Positions 1-13,288 of a DNA stretch of 64,000 nt are shown piece by piece. Origin of the DNA: Pristiophorus japonicus (Eukaryota). The notes under the pieces are model-generated. The model saw nothing but the letters and a program-made list of their open reading frames with translations. It made no database searches and was not told where the DNA came from. Position 1 is the first letter of the stretch, and every line of letters begins with the position of its first letter. Both the position numbers and the translations under genes were made by a program. The stretch lies in NCBI RefSeq assembly GCF_044704955.1, contig NC_091999.1, positions 10,726,001 through 10,790,000 of the forward strand. Direction: 5' to 3'.

Positions 1-1237
1 ATGTTCCCAATGTTGGGGTAGTCCAAAATCAGGGATCACATCTAACGATAAGGGGTAAACCATATCTGACCGAGATGAGGATAAACGTCTTCACCCAGAG
101 AGTGGTGAACCTGTGGAGTTCGCTACCACACGAAATTGTTGAGGCCAATTCACTAAATATATTCAAAAAGGAGTTAGATGTAGTTCTTACTACTCGGTGG
201 ATCAAGGGGTATGGCGAGAAAGCAGGAATGGGGTACTGAAGTTGCATGTTCAGCCATGAACTCATTGAATGGTGGTGCTGGCTCGAAGGTACGAATGACC
301 TACTCATGCACCAGTTTTCTACGTTTCTGATATCCCAAATTTGCAGATGACACTAAGCTGGGTGGCAGTGTGAGCTCTGAGGAGGATGCTAAAATGCTGC
401 AGCTTGATTTGGACAGGTTCGCTGAGTGGAAAAATGCAGGGCAGATGCAGTATAATGTGGATAAATATGATGTTATCCACTTTGGTGGCAAAAACAGCAA
501 GGCAGAATATTATCTCAATGGTGACAGATAAGGGAAATGGGAGGCGCAACGAAACTTGGGTGCTGTGGTACATCAGTCATTGAAAGTTGACATTTTGGCC
601 TTCATAGCGAGAGGATTTGTGTAAAGGAGCAGGGAGGTCTTGCTATAGTTGTACAGGGTCTTGGTGAGACCAAACCTTGAATATTGTGTACAGTTTTGGT
701 CTCCTAATCTGAGGAAGTACATTCTTGCTATTGAGGGAGTGCAGCGAAGATTCACCAGACTGATTCCCGGGATGGCGTGACAGACATATGAAGAAAGACT
801 TGATCGAGAAGGCTTATATTCACTGGGCTTTAGAAGAATGAGAGTGGATCTCAGAAACATGTAAAATTATGACGGGATTGGACAAATAAATGCAGAAAAA
901 TGTTCCTGATGTTGGGGAAGTCCAGAATCAGGGGTCACTCTCTAAGGATAAGGGGTAAGCCATTTAGGACTGAGATGAGAAGAAATATCTTCACTCAGAG
1001 AATTATGAACCTCTGGAATTCTCTACCACATAAAGTTGTTGAGGCCAATATCTTAGATATGTTGAGAAGGGAGTTCGATGTGGCCCTTGCAGCAAAAGGG
1101 ATCAAGCGGTATGGAATGAAAGCAGGAATGGGGTAGTAAAGTTGCATGATCAGACATGATCATATGGAATGGTGGCGCAGGCTCGAGGGGCCGAATGGCG
1201 TACTCCTGCAGGAATTTTCTATGATTCTATGTTTCTA
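1..1237 (+). mobile_element. Two tandem 3' fragments of CR1-clade LINE (RT C-terminus + 3' UTR)
   Basis: Frameshifted RT-end peptides (KFADDTKLGG, LVRPNLEYCVQFWSP, RGHSLRIRG); ends in (TTTCTATG/ATTCTATG)n CR1 tail at ~1217-1240. Confidence 0.9.
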
Positions 1238-2570
1238 TGTTTAAATGGGCGACCACTTATTCTGAAACTATGCTCCAGAGTTCGAGATTCCCGAACTGGG
1301 GAAAAAATCCGCTCTGCATGTACATTGTTAAGCCCCCTCAGAATCGTATATGTTTCAATGGACCACCTCTAAGCCTTCGAAACTCTAATGAGTATATGCC
1401 CAACATGCTCAATCTTTGTTTATAAGACAACCTCTTGATCTCAGGAATCAATCTCATGAAATATCTCTGAACTGCCTTCAATGCAAGTAGATCCTTCGTG
1501 AAATACAGTGGCCAAACTGTACACAGTGCTCCAGGTGTGATCTCACCAATAACCAGTTCAGTTGTAGCATGAGTTGTCTGCTGTTATATTCTATCCCCCT
1601 CACAATAAAGGTCAACATTCCATTTGCCTTCATAATTACTTGCTGTACCTGTATGCTTGCGTTTTTGAGCTTCCTGTACAAAGACCGCCAGAACCCTCTG
1701 TACCACTGCAGTTTGTAATTTCTCCAAATTTAAGATAATAATTAGCTTTTTATTGTTCCGACCAAAGACGATAATCTCACATGTTCGCAAAATATACTCA
1801 ATTGGTCAAATGTTGCCTACTTAATTAGCCTATCTATGTCCCTTTGTAGATTATTTGCTTCCTCCACACAACGTGCACTCCCACTTATTTTTGTATCATT
1901 AGCAAATCCGGTTATATGACACTCGGTCCCTTCATCCAAGTAATTAATACAAATTGAAAATAGTTGAGGCCCCAGCAATGATCCCTTTGTCACCCCACTA
2001 GTTACGGTTTGCCAACCTGAAAGTGACCCATTTATGTCGACTCTCTGCTTTCTGTTAGGCATCCAATCCACTATCAACGCTAATATTTTATCCACAACCC
2101 GGTGAGCTCTTATCTTGTGCAATAATATTTTATGTGGCACCCTATCGAATGCAATCTGTAAATCCAAATATACAACATCTACTGTTTCCGCTATATCCAC
2201 CCTGCCCATTACTTCCTCAAAGAACTGGAGCAAATTTGGCAAACATGATTTCCCTTTCATGAAACCATGCTGTCTCTGCTTGACTACATTATGATTTTCT
2301 AAATGACCTGCCAGTTCTTCATCAATGATGGACCGCAGAATTTTCCCATTGATAGATATTATGCTAACTGGGATATGGTTTCCAGCTTTTTGTCTCTCTC
2401 CTTTCTTCAATAGGAGCATCACATTTGGGGTTTTCCAGTCCACTGGGGCCTCACCAGAATCCAGGGAATTATTGTAGTTTACATGCCCTATCTCTGCAGC
2501 TACCTCCATTAAGACCGTAGGATGCAGGCCATCTGGTAAAGTGGACTTATCCCCATTTAGTCCCATTAGT
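1238..2570 (-). mobile_element. CR1-clade LINE RT fragment
   Basis: ORF 1817..2566: QHGFMKGKSC, VYLDLQIAFDRVPH, SGVTKGSLLGP, FANDTK. Confidence 0.9.
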
Positions 2571-2959
2571 TTGTTCGAAGAGGCAATGACATTTATTTAT
2601 GTTTGCTGCCAGAGATTAGACGTAGATTGTTAGAATGATGGAAAGTTTTGAGCTGATAAATTAGCGACTGCTAAATTTCGACTGCTTTATTATGTTGGGA
2701 TACAGAAATAAATATAATCAATATTGTCTCCATTTTCAAAATCACGTTTTATAATAACATGTTCTCCTTTCGGATTAATGATCCTACGTCACAACGTCGA
2801 TTATTAGCCGATTTGAGGATTTGGTGTTAAACAACCTACTGAATGAAGGAATTTTTTAAGATTTAAATTTCATTTTCTTCCCATTCTTATTCAAAGTCCC
2901 ATCAACTCTCTGAAAGTATCAAAACAAACAGAAACAAGTCGGACTGTTCTCGGCCCTTT

Positions 2960-3260
2960 TAAGAGCTGATATCGCATGGTCACAGCCCTGAGTCAGAGGT
3001 CACAGACCGCACCAAATGGGGCTCGTGAGCTCTGCAGGAAACGACTTTTGCCCCTTGACCCTTAATCAATGGGAGAAACAGCCAATCATGACGCTATAAC
3101 GTGGAAAAGGACTGTGGCGTCATCCACTGCCAGGCACACCGGCAGGCAGCATTGTATGACGTACAGTCCGTCATGTTTGTGTGACGTGATACGTTGTGAT
3201 TGGCTTCCGTTCATGTACATACAATGGCTCGATTGAAATGAATAGTTACGTCAATTTACA
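2960..3260 (+). promoter_or_regulatory. CRE/ATF-, AP-1- and CCAAT-rich candidate promoter/enhancer (inverted paralog at ~45020-45310)
   Basis: TGAGTCA, CCAATCA and several TGACG/CGTCA half-sites within 300 bp; several also present in the paralog. Confidence 0.4.
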
Positions 3261-4069
3261 CGAAAATAATTTCGGTATCTTAATCGATAAAAGAGAGAAA
3301 TATACGGTTGTCGCTAGAAAGGTTGGCGAGGTGCGTATGTGTGAACATTTCTCCCAGAGTACAGCGGGTCGTGTGTCATAGATAGTGGCTTTATCTCTGC
3401 CGGTGTGAACTGTGGGATAGCCGCAGCTCTCCATTGCCTGGACATCAACCAAGCAAACCCGGCAAAAGAAACATTTTTGCCGTGAGAAAAGCAATTCTTT
3501 ACACAGAAGCAGCTGATACTGTGCAATATCTACACGAGTTATTTTAATAGGTAAGTTCGATATGAGTCTCGAAAGAGGAGTTTAAAGGGTGTGAGGAGCG
3601 AGAAGGGAATTTCAGACTGGATGGACTTATTCACTCAATGAAACTTACCGAACCCGCTCTCAGTGGAAACAGGACAGCCAAATAAGATGAGACTAGAGTG
3701 GAGGACGGCCCCGGAAAGCGGGTGTGGGGGAAGAGGGATTTGTGCAAAGACATAATTTAATCCTCATCTGCACCTATTCCCCAACAATTCCTTCCACTCC
3801 CTATTTAAGAGTCGTTAATGTTTTCCTCCCTTAGACAACTGTCCTAATAAACCACAGGACACATCATGCCAGAACTCCAGCAGTTTAGAAGAAAAGGAGT
3901 GCCGCACCAGCAAAAAAGCAGGATGGTACTCAGGTCTGATTAGAAATTTGTGGAGATGTTCTCCTCCCCAGGAGGAGCCTCAGGAATCCGATGAGGCGGC
4001 AAAGGACACGCAGTGAAACTTCAGCGAAACAAGGTGCGAAGGTCTGAGAGACAATGGTGGGAAAGCAGA

Positions 4070-5365
4070 GACAGCGTCTAGAGTAATACAAACAGAGACA
4101 GGGTCCAGTGCATTAATTACTGAGACTGCGTCTAGTGCAATACAAACAAAGACAGGCTCTAGTGCAATATAAACAGAGACAGGGTCTCATGTAATATAAA
4201 CAGAGACAGCGTCTAGTGTAATATCAACAGAGACAGGGTCTAGTGTAATATAAACAGAGACAGGTTCTCGTGTAGTTGAAACAGAGCCAGGGTCTACTGC
4301 AGTAGTAACTGCGACTGGGTCTAGTGCAATACAAACAAAGATAGCGTCTAGTGTAATACAAACGGAGACAGGGCCCAGTGCATTAATTACTGAGACTGTG
4401 TCCAGTGCAATACAAACAAAGACAGGCTCTAGTGTAATATAAACAGAGACAGGGTCGAGTGTAACATAAACAGAGACAGGTCGACTATAATACAAACAGA
4501 GGCACGGTCTAGTGCATTAATAGCTGAGACAAGGTCCAGTGTAATATAAACAGAGATAGGGACTGGTGCAGCGATAACTGAGCAGAGCCTAGTGCAAAAT
4601 CAACAGAGACAGGGTCTAGTGAAATATAAACAGATACAGCGTCTAGTGTAATATAAATAGAGACAGGGTCTAATGTAATATAAACAGAGACAGGGTCTAG
4701 TGCATTAGTAACTGAGACTGGGTCTCGTGCAATACAAACAGAGACAGGGTCTAGTGTAATCTAAACAGTGACAGAGCTTGGCGTAATGTAAACAGAGATA
4801 GGGTCTGGTGCAGCAATAACTGAGCAGGGCCTAGTGCAACATAATCAGAGACAGGGTCTTGTGTAATATAAACAGTGTCAGGGCTTGGTGTAATGTAAAC
4901 ACAGACAGGGTCTGGTGCAGCAATAACTGAGCAGGGCCTAGTGCAACATAAACAGAGGGAGGGTCTAGTATAATATAAAAAGAGACAGGGCCCACTGTAA
5001 TATAAACAGAAACAGGGTCGCGTGTACTACAATCAGAGACAGGATCTAGTGCATTAATAACTGAGACTGCGTCTTTAGTGTAATATAAACAGAGATTGGG
5101 TCTGTTGCAGAAATAACTGAGGGGGGCCTTGTGGAACATAAAGAGCGACGCGGTCTAGTGTAATATCAACAGTGACAGGCTTTGGCGTAATGTAAACAGA
5201 GACACGGTCGAATGCTGTAATAACTGAGATAGGACCTGATTTATTATAAACAGAGCCAGGGCCTCGTGTAATATAAACGGAGACTTGGTCTAGTGTGACG
5301 TAAACAGATATAGGGTCTGGGGTAATATAAACTGTGACAGGGTCCAATGTACGACAAAGAGAGAC
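4070..5365. repeat. 27-bp minisatellite (GGGTCTAGTGTAATATAAACAGAGACA and variants), roughly 45-50 units
   Basis: Visible tandem periodicity; yields repetitive 9-aa spurious ORFs (TLDPVSVYI). Confidence 0.9.
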
Positions 5366-5724
5366 GTGGCAACTTCAACTTAAATCTTGGTGATTCCTTT
5401 GTTTATTTTTAATACCAAGACACAACTGATGAAAGAAGCTCCGTCAAAACAACATGAAAACGCACACATTCCAATTCTGTAGAACAGATGCAGATACAGG
5501 GGGTGTGGATCCGTCTCATGATTCCTACTTAATGACCAAACGTTTGAATCTTGCTGTGAATGCTGCCATTTAAAATATGTCACTGAGCTTTAGTGATATT
5601 TTATAAATTATAAATGATACTATCAATGGAGCACCTTGTTGTGTTGAAGCTAGAGATTTAGGCAAATTGGAACACGTCAGGGAGAGCGTACGGAATACAG
5701 TGACAGACACATACACAGCGTATT

Positions 5725-8000
5725 CACAGAATCATAAATTACGACATACAAGGGTAACCATTCGACCCCTCGTTTTGACAAATAGCGATCCTGGCTATTC
5801 CCAATTTCCGGCATTATGTACATTGCCCTGTAGGTCACGGCTCTTTCAGTGAACATCCAAGTATTTTAAAATTTGATGAGGGTTTCTGCCTCTACCACCC
5901 TTTCTGGCAGTGAATTCCAGATCCCCACCACCCTCTGGGTGAAATTAATTTTCCTCCTCTCCCCTCGAATCCTTCTACCAACCATTTTGATCCCATGCCC
6001 CCTGGTTAATGACCCTCTGCTAAGCGAAATAGATTCTTCCTATCTATTGTATCTCGGCCCCTCATAATTCTATACAGCTAAATTAAATTTCCCCTCTGCC
6101 TCCTCTGGTCGAAAGAAAACAACCCCGGCCTATCCAATCTATCCTCATAGCTAAAACATTTCCTGTCCTGGCAACATCCTTGTAAATCTCCTCTGTACGC
6201 ACTCGAGTGCCATCACCTCTTTCCTGTAATGTGGTGACCAGATCTGTACGCAGTACTCAAGCTATGAGCGAACTAGTTTTGTACACAGTTCGAGCATAGC
6301 TTCACTACTCTTTTATTCTTATGTTATTATGTTCTTATTCTATGCCTCGGCGAATAAAGGAAAGCATTCCATATGCCTTTTGAAGTAACTTATCGGCCTT
6401 TCCTGCAACCATTAAGGATCTGTGGACATACACCCCAGTAACTAGTGTGGTGCTGCAAGGATCAATGCTTGCACACCAAATATTGACAATCTCTATTAAC
6501 GACTTGGAAGAAGGGACTGAGTGTAACGTAGCCAAGTTTGCTGAGGATACAAATGTAGGAAGAAAAGCAAGGTGTCAGGCGGACACAAAAAATCTGCAAA
6601 AGGACATTGAGAGGGAAAGGTATTGGGCAAAAATTTGGCAGATGAAGTATAATGTTAGAATATGTGAGGTCAAGTACGTTGGCAGAAAAAAATCAAAGTG
6701 CAAGTTATTATTTAAGTGCAGAAAGATTGCAAAGTGCCGCAGTACAGCGGGACCTTGGGCTACTTGTGCATGAAACACAAAAGGATAGTATACAGGAACA
6801 GCAAGTAATCAGGAAGGCCAATGGTATCTTGGCCTTTATTGCAAAGGGTATGGGGTATAAAATTAGGGAAGTCTTACTACAGCTAGATAAGGCATTGCTA
6901 AGGTCACATCTGGAATATTACATGCAGTTTTGTTATCCATATTTACGAAAGGATATACATCTTCTGGTGGGAGTTCGGGGAAGGTTCACGAGGCGGATTC
7001 CGGGGATGAGGGGATTGACTTATGAGGAAAGGCTGAGTAGGTTGGGCCTCTACTCATTGGAATTCAGAAGATTGAGAGGTGATCTTATCGAAACGTATTC
7101 GATTATGAGGGGGCTTGACAAGGTGCATGCAGAGAGGATGTTTCCACGGGGGAGACCAGAACAACAGGGAACAATTTTAGAAGAAGTTGTCGCCCATTTA
7201 AAACAGAGACAAGGACACATTTCTTCTCTCAGGGGTTGTAAATCTGTGGAATTCGCTGCCTCAGAGAGCTGTGGAAGCTGGGAGGTTGAATAAGTTTAAG
7301 ACAGAAATAGTTTCTTAAACGATAAAGGAATAAGCGGTTATGGGGAGCGGTCGGGGAATTGGGGCTGAGTCCATGATGAGCCATGGTCTTATTGAATTGC
7401 GGAGCAGACTCGAGCGGCCATATGGCCAACTCTGGTTCCTATTTCTTATATTCTTATGTCCCTCCGTACCTCCACACCTCTCAGTATCCTCTATTTGTTA
7501 TGCGATCAATTGTCTTGTATCACCTTCTCAGTACCATGACCTCACACTTCTTCTGATTGCATTCCATGTTCCATTGTTCTGCTCAACTGACCAGTCCATC
7601 GATATGTTCCTATAGTCTAAAGCTTCCTTCTCACAAGGCCAATGTTTGTATTATCTGCAAACCTCTTTATCATGCACCCTACATTTAAGTATGAATTATT
7701 AATATATAATTACAGACAGCAAGTGATCGGGCACTGATACCCGAGGAGCCCCACTGGAAACACCCTTCCAAACGCAAAAACACTCGCCAACTATTACACT
7801 TTGCTTCCTGACACTGAGCCAATTTTTGATCGAATTTGACAGTCTCCGTTGGATCCCATGGGCTTCTACTTTTTTGTTCAGCCTGTCACGTGGGACCTTG
7901 TTCAAATCATACAGATGACATCAAACACATGGGTCCATCGACAATCCTTGTTACCTTCTCAAAAAATTCAATCAAATTAGTCAGACACGACTTTCCCTGA
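5725..8000. mobile_element. Nested CR1 LINE fragments (minus-strand copy interrupted by a plus-strand copy at ~6435-7458)
   Basis: RT motifs KFAEDT, HLEYYMQF, RGDLIETY; tail TTCTTATATTCTTATG at ~7443-7458. Confidence 0.85.
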
Positions 8001-8259
8001 ACATCGCCGAAACAAAGAGAGAAGTAGAGACACCGACAAAGTCAGAGACAGAAAGAGAACTCGGCAGATAAATTAATTGGTCTACAACTGATTGGTGCAC
8101 ACTATTGTCGGTTCTGAGAGTAGCAAATCCTGTCCCTAGGAAACGCCCCTCAGTCACCTAATCAGTGAAGTCTGCGCCTGATCGACGTTTAATCCTGAAT
8201 AAACGACGAGAATATTGAAAAAAGTCTGCTATTTTATGTCGAACTTTATACAATTTATC

Positions 8260-8692
8260 ATGTGCTCCCCATGTTTGTTCCTGATAATAATGTTCGTGCT
8301 GCCCGGTGAGATACGTTCAACTGGCCAGTTTGAATTCGGTTAGGTTATATTCACGCGCAGAAGTTTTGATACGTTCTCTGATTTGTTGCAGGAATCAATG
8401 GCGAAGATAAGGTGCTCCAGGATCCGCCTGAATTATCGGTGCAGGAAGGACAGAACATAATACTGAGCTGCAGTTACTCGAAATCTGGTTCAACTCTGTT
8501 CTGGTACATCCAGTATTCCGGAGAAGCTCCGAGATATTTACTGAAGAGATATAGCTCAGAAGACGGAGACACATCTCCAGGTTTACCAGACAGGTTCTCT
8601 GCTGATCTGAACACAATAAATAAAGCGGTTCCTTTAAATATCACAGGGTCGCTTGTCTCCGATGCTGCCGTGTATTTCTGTGCCATGCAGCC
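8260..8692 (+). CDS. TCR alpha/delta V segment, apparently functional (leader 8260-8305, V exon 8392-8692)
   Basis: Leader MCSPCLFLIIMFVLP-G|gtgag; acceptor ttgcag|; V exon GINGEDKVLQDPPELSV..LSCSYS..LFWYIQY..DRFSA..DAAVYFCAMQP; both Cys and the Trp present. Confidence 0.92.
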
Positions 8693-8732
8693 CACAGTGC
8701 TGCAGAGAGACAGCGGACCCCGGACAAAAACG
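8693..8732 (+). other. Recombination signal sequence CACAGTG-24bp-ACAAAAACG
   Basis: Heptamer 8693-8699, nonamer 8724-8732. Confidence 0.9.
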
Positions 8733-8753
8733 GATACTCAAAATATCAGTCAG

Positions 8754-8772
8754 TGCTCACCAGAGGGCGCTC
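8754..8772 (+). promoter_or_regulatory. RSS-associated CTCF-binding element
   Basis: TGCTCACCAGAGGGCGCTC vs CTCF core TGGCCACCAGGGGGCGCTA; 21 bp after the nonamer. Confidence 0.75.
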
Positions 8773-9969
8773 TTACACTGATAAACAGAAGCGAAAATTT
8801 GGACTCCACAGTGAAAATCACAGGGACCTTCTTAAAAGGGTGACAAAACACAACTCTGAACAAGAACAGGTGATATCTACTTGTAGAATTTTATTAATTG
8901 ATTTGATCTCGAGTGTTTACTAAAAATGTACTTGATACATGCATTTGGTTCGCATTAATTTACCCTTTATCTTTTGATGCTCTTTTGGTACGTGCCTCAG
9001 TTTACACATCTCCCCTGTTAGTTTCCAGGACCCAGTGTTCGCGGCCTGTAGACAATGTTTATTTGATCAGAATGTGTTGCTGGATCGGAGGCTTTTTATA
9101 CCCAATCAACAGATTTCACAAGGTCGTGACTGTGCTCTTTAAAACAACCCCAAGCACAGAATTCCCCAATGCCCAACGTTTTTCAGAAAGTCACTTCAAT
9201 TCTGGAATGTTTTCTGTCACCATTAACAATCGTGCAGCTTGCGGTTTGCAACAAACAGACAAGGGGATCTCCGCAGCTTCCGATTTGCAACACACAGACA
9301 AGGGGCTCGTTCTCACTCCCTGTCTCAACAATTTTAACCATTCCCCTCTTAAGTCACTGACTGTGGCCCAGTTCAGGGTGTTTCCATTCAGTGCTAACCA
9401 ACTCTCCACCTACCGGCCTGACAGCACCACTTGGGACACATGGAAGTGAGATGAGAGCTTCCTGAGACATGACAGCAAATTATTGACGGTGGGGATTAGA
9501 ACGGCTGTCTCCAAACATCCAAAACACATTTTAGAGAGTGGAGAGCGTCAATTTGGCTACCCTGCATCTGGCTTACGTGGAGAGTTTCTGACAAATAATT
9601 GTAGACCAAACACATTTCATATTTTTTCTCTCTTCCGCAGTGCAGAGATCTTGAGGGTCGTAGGGCTGGAGGAGGGCCCAGAGATAGAGAGGAGCGGGGA
9701 TTTGCAAAAATGAATGTAAATTTTAATGACGAGGCTTTGTCGGACTAGGAGCCAATGTAGGTCAGCGATCACAGATGTGATGGGTGATGGAACTTGGCAC
9801 GAGTTTTGATACGGGCAGCAGAGTTTTGGATGAGCTAAAGTTTACTGCGTGTGCACGCGGGGAGGCTGGCCAGTAGGGCACTGGAATAGACGAGTTCAGA
9901 GGTAGCAAACGCATGGATGGGGTTTGACTGTAAGATAAGCTGAAGTAAGGACGGAGTGAAAATGCCCAG

Positions 9970-11800
9970 GCTAGGATGAAATGTATCCCAGGCTGTTAAG
10001 AGAGGAAAATGATGAAATAGCACGGACCATCATTTTTATAACCTCTCTGGCTGCAGGTGTGGTGCTGGAGGACTGGAGGACTGCTAATGGTGTACCTTTG
10101 TTTAAAAAGGGAGAAAGGGAATGATAGAATAATTACAGGCCAGTAAGCGTAACCTCGGTGCTGGAAAAATTATTGGAAGAAACTTTGAGGGATAGGATAA
10201 ATCTGCATTGAGAAAGATCCAGATTAAACAAGGGCAGCCAGCATCGATTTGTTAAGGCAAGGTCGTGTCTGACTAACCTGATTCATTTCATTTGAGGAAC
10301 TAACAAGGAGGGTCGATCAAGGTAGAACTTTTTATAAAGTGTATATGGATTGTAGCAAGGCTTTTGAGAAGATGCCACATGGCAGAACTGTCATGTATGT
10401 AAACGCCCATGTGATCCATGCCAAAGTGGCAAGTTGTATCTAAGTTTGGCTCAGAGGCAGGAAGCAAACGATAATGATCGTTGTGTACTTTTTGCGACTG
10501 AAAGGCTATTCCCCATGGGGCTCTGCAGGGGTCAGTAATAGGTTCCCTGCCTTTTGTTATCTATATCAATGATTTAGGTTTGAATGTTGGTGTATGAATA
10601 AGAATGTTGTAGATTATACAAAACATTTTCGTGTGGTTGATAATGAAGAAAAAATATGTAAACTGCAGGAATATATCAATGAAATGGTCAGGTGGACACG
10701 ACAGTGGTAAATGGAAGTCAAACATGAGAAGCGTGAGGTAATGCATTTAGGGAGGGCTAGCAAGGCAAATGAATCCACATTAAATGGTAGGATTGTAGAA
10801 GAAGACAGAGACCTTGGAGTGCTTGTCCACAGATACCTGAAGGTAGGAGCCCATGTATAAAAGGTGTTTAAGAAGGCATACAGAATACTTGCCCTTTTTA
10901 GCCGAGGCATAGAATACAGGAGCAGGGAGGTTATGCATAAACTGCATACAACACTAGTTAGCCCACTGCAAGAGTACTACGTCCAGTTCTGGTCACCACA
11001 TTACAGGAACGTGACTGCACTAGGGAGGGTACAGAGGAGATTTGCGAGGATTATGCCTGGACTGGAGAATTTTCGCCATGAGGAAAGATTGGATAGGCTG
11101 GGTTTGATTTCATTGCAGAAAGGAAGTTGATGCGAGACCAAATTGAGGTTAATAAAATGATGGGGGTGGGGGGCTAGATAGTGTAAATAAGCGGACCTAT
11201 TTCGCTTAGTGCTGGGGTCAACAACCAGGAGGCATAGATTTAAATTAATTGGCAGACGGTTTAGAGGGGCTTTGAGGGGGAAAGTTTTCATCCAGTTAAT
11301 CGTGAGGGCTTGGAACACACTACCTGACAGGTGGTAGAGGCAGAAACCCTCACAGTACTTCAAAAGTACTTGGATGTGAATTTGAATTTCTGCAACCTAC
11401 AAGGCTACGGAACAAGAGCTGGAAAGTGGGTGAAGGCTGGATATCTCTTTGTCAGCCGGTGGACTGTGCCGAAATGCTCTCCTTGCGTGCTGTAAATTTC
11501 TATGATTCTATAATTCACTGATAAAGTCTCGGCCATTTTGATGTGCGGTGAGGAGCAATTTATTCACTCACAAGATTGTGAAAATTTGGAATTCTCTAAA
11601 ACAGCGGCATGTGGTTGCTGAATGGTTGAGTATGTTCAAGACAGAGACCTATAGATTATTGGGCAGTAATAGAATCAATAGATGTGGTATTTGCCAGGAA
11701 AGTGGATTTGGTGTGCAGGTTCATCCATGATCTTATTGAATGTCGGAGCTGGCTCAATGGATGGTGTGGTCTACCCCTGCTGCTATTAGTTATGTTCTTA
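9970..11800 (+). mobile_element. Decayed CR1 LINE RT/3' fragments
   Basis: EYYVQFWSPHY, ERLDRLGL motifs; TTCTATGATTCTAT tail ~11498-11511; paralog at ~30420-32230. Confidence 0.85.
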
Positions 11801-12980
11801 CTAAAGTAATTCCATTCTGATGGATTCTTCTAACTTTTTCCAGAACCCTTTCCAACTGTTTATCCGGCGGTCACTCCCTGAATTTCTCTCCCAGTATGTC
11901 TATATGTGTTTCTCGCCCTATCTCTCCCTCAATCTTTTCCAATGTACGTATATCTATTCCTCACTCAGTGTCTCTCAGTTAATGACAGATTTGAAAATCA
12001 AGTCGGAACAGCTCACCTCACGTACTGCAGCCTTTCAAGAAGGCAGCTCATCACCAACTTCTCAAGCATATTTAGGAATGAACAACAGATGTTGGCCCTG
12101 CCATCAACACACCTGTCCCGTGAAATAATAATAACCACGAATGGGCCGCCAGGTAGTGCTCTTTTACAGCGATAGTGTTTTTATGCAGTCAAAATATCCA
12201 AGTGTTCTTTTTGGATTCCATTCCCGGGAGATTACATTCGATTAGCTGACGGTTACTGTGTGGAGGCGAGAGTAGTCAATACTATGTAGCCATTGCAAAC
12301 AGCGCATGACACCTGTATCCCGGCCATGCTGCACCAACATATCTGAAATCTTCCCCCATTCAATTAAAGCCCTTCCCATCCAAAACTCATTTTACGAGCT
12401 CTATTTGAATGGTGGAAAATACTAGTGTTAACACACCTAATCTTCTCAGTCCCATTAGATATAATAGATCTCCATCCTTTCTGCCCCCACTGTATTCTAA
12501 ACCAAGTCCCAGAGGGTGATAGGTCAGTGTTTGGCCCACAGCCCTATCAGGCGGAGGATACTTATGTGCTCTGTTTGGGTGGAGTTACTTTAGTTATCCG
12601 CCGGAACTGCATGAGTTGACGGTAAACTTGGCAGCTTTTGTTCAAGACAATAAATGATAATCTGAGCAACCAGAGCGCGTGGTAGTTAGTATAAAGCGTC
12701 AGCACTTGCAATATTCCTTGGTCCTTAAGTGAGTACCTAACAGAATGTCATCATCATACCTGAAAATTATATCATCGATTGAACATCAGAATATCCCCGA
12801 AGTAATCGAGTTTGCAATAATATTCTTGATCCATCAGGGTAAACTAGGAACGCACATAAACTAGGAAACTGTCATGAATGGAATTGTTACTTTCACGTTT
12901 TTAATTTAGTTGAGTGTTTTGTGCATTCGGTGTTAAAACATATATATCATGATTAATTTTCCACCTCATTTTATCGGAAG

Positions 12981-13288
12981 TTATCAGCAGCGAGGCTGTC
13001 AGCAATCAACCACAGCCGGTGTTTGCACAAGAGGGAGAGTCGATTGAAATCCAGTGTAATGCAAGCACCAGCGGGAGTGAGCGCATCATCTGGTACAGAC
13101 AACTACAGAACCATGCCCTGAAATGTATCATATCTGCTATCCAGGGCAACACCACTGTCGGACGATTCAGAAACTTCATTGCCCCAACAAGAGGTTACAA
13201 CATTCTCGATATGCACAGAACCGCGGTATCAGACGCTGGAGCTGTTCGGCACTGTGAGACAAAGACTGAGCGCTGCAGTACAATACCT
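12981..13288 (+). pseudogene. TCR V segment lacking YYC (in-frame deletion), intact 23-RSS
   Basis: IEIQCNASTSGSERIIWYRQLQ...AVSDAG-AVR, then CACTGTG(13250)-23-ACAATACCT; leader relic near 12805-12838. Confidence 0.85.

Noticed and set aside
4070-5365. CRISPR-like array or repetitive protein ORFs
   Set aside because: Head-to-tail 27-bp units with no unique spacers, vertebrate context, no cas genes; the ORFs are artefacts of the repeat
8807-8852. Second RSS downstream of the CBE (CACAGTG...ACAAAACAC)
   Set aside because: Spacing is 29 nt (17 from the internal CACAGGG); fits neither 12 nor 23
8913-9449. 178-aa ORF as a novel gene
   Set aside because: No recognisable domain or splice structure; no matching full-length ORF in the inverted paralog (~23230-23760)
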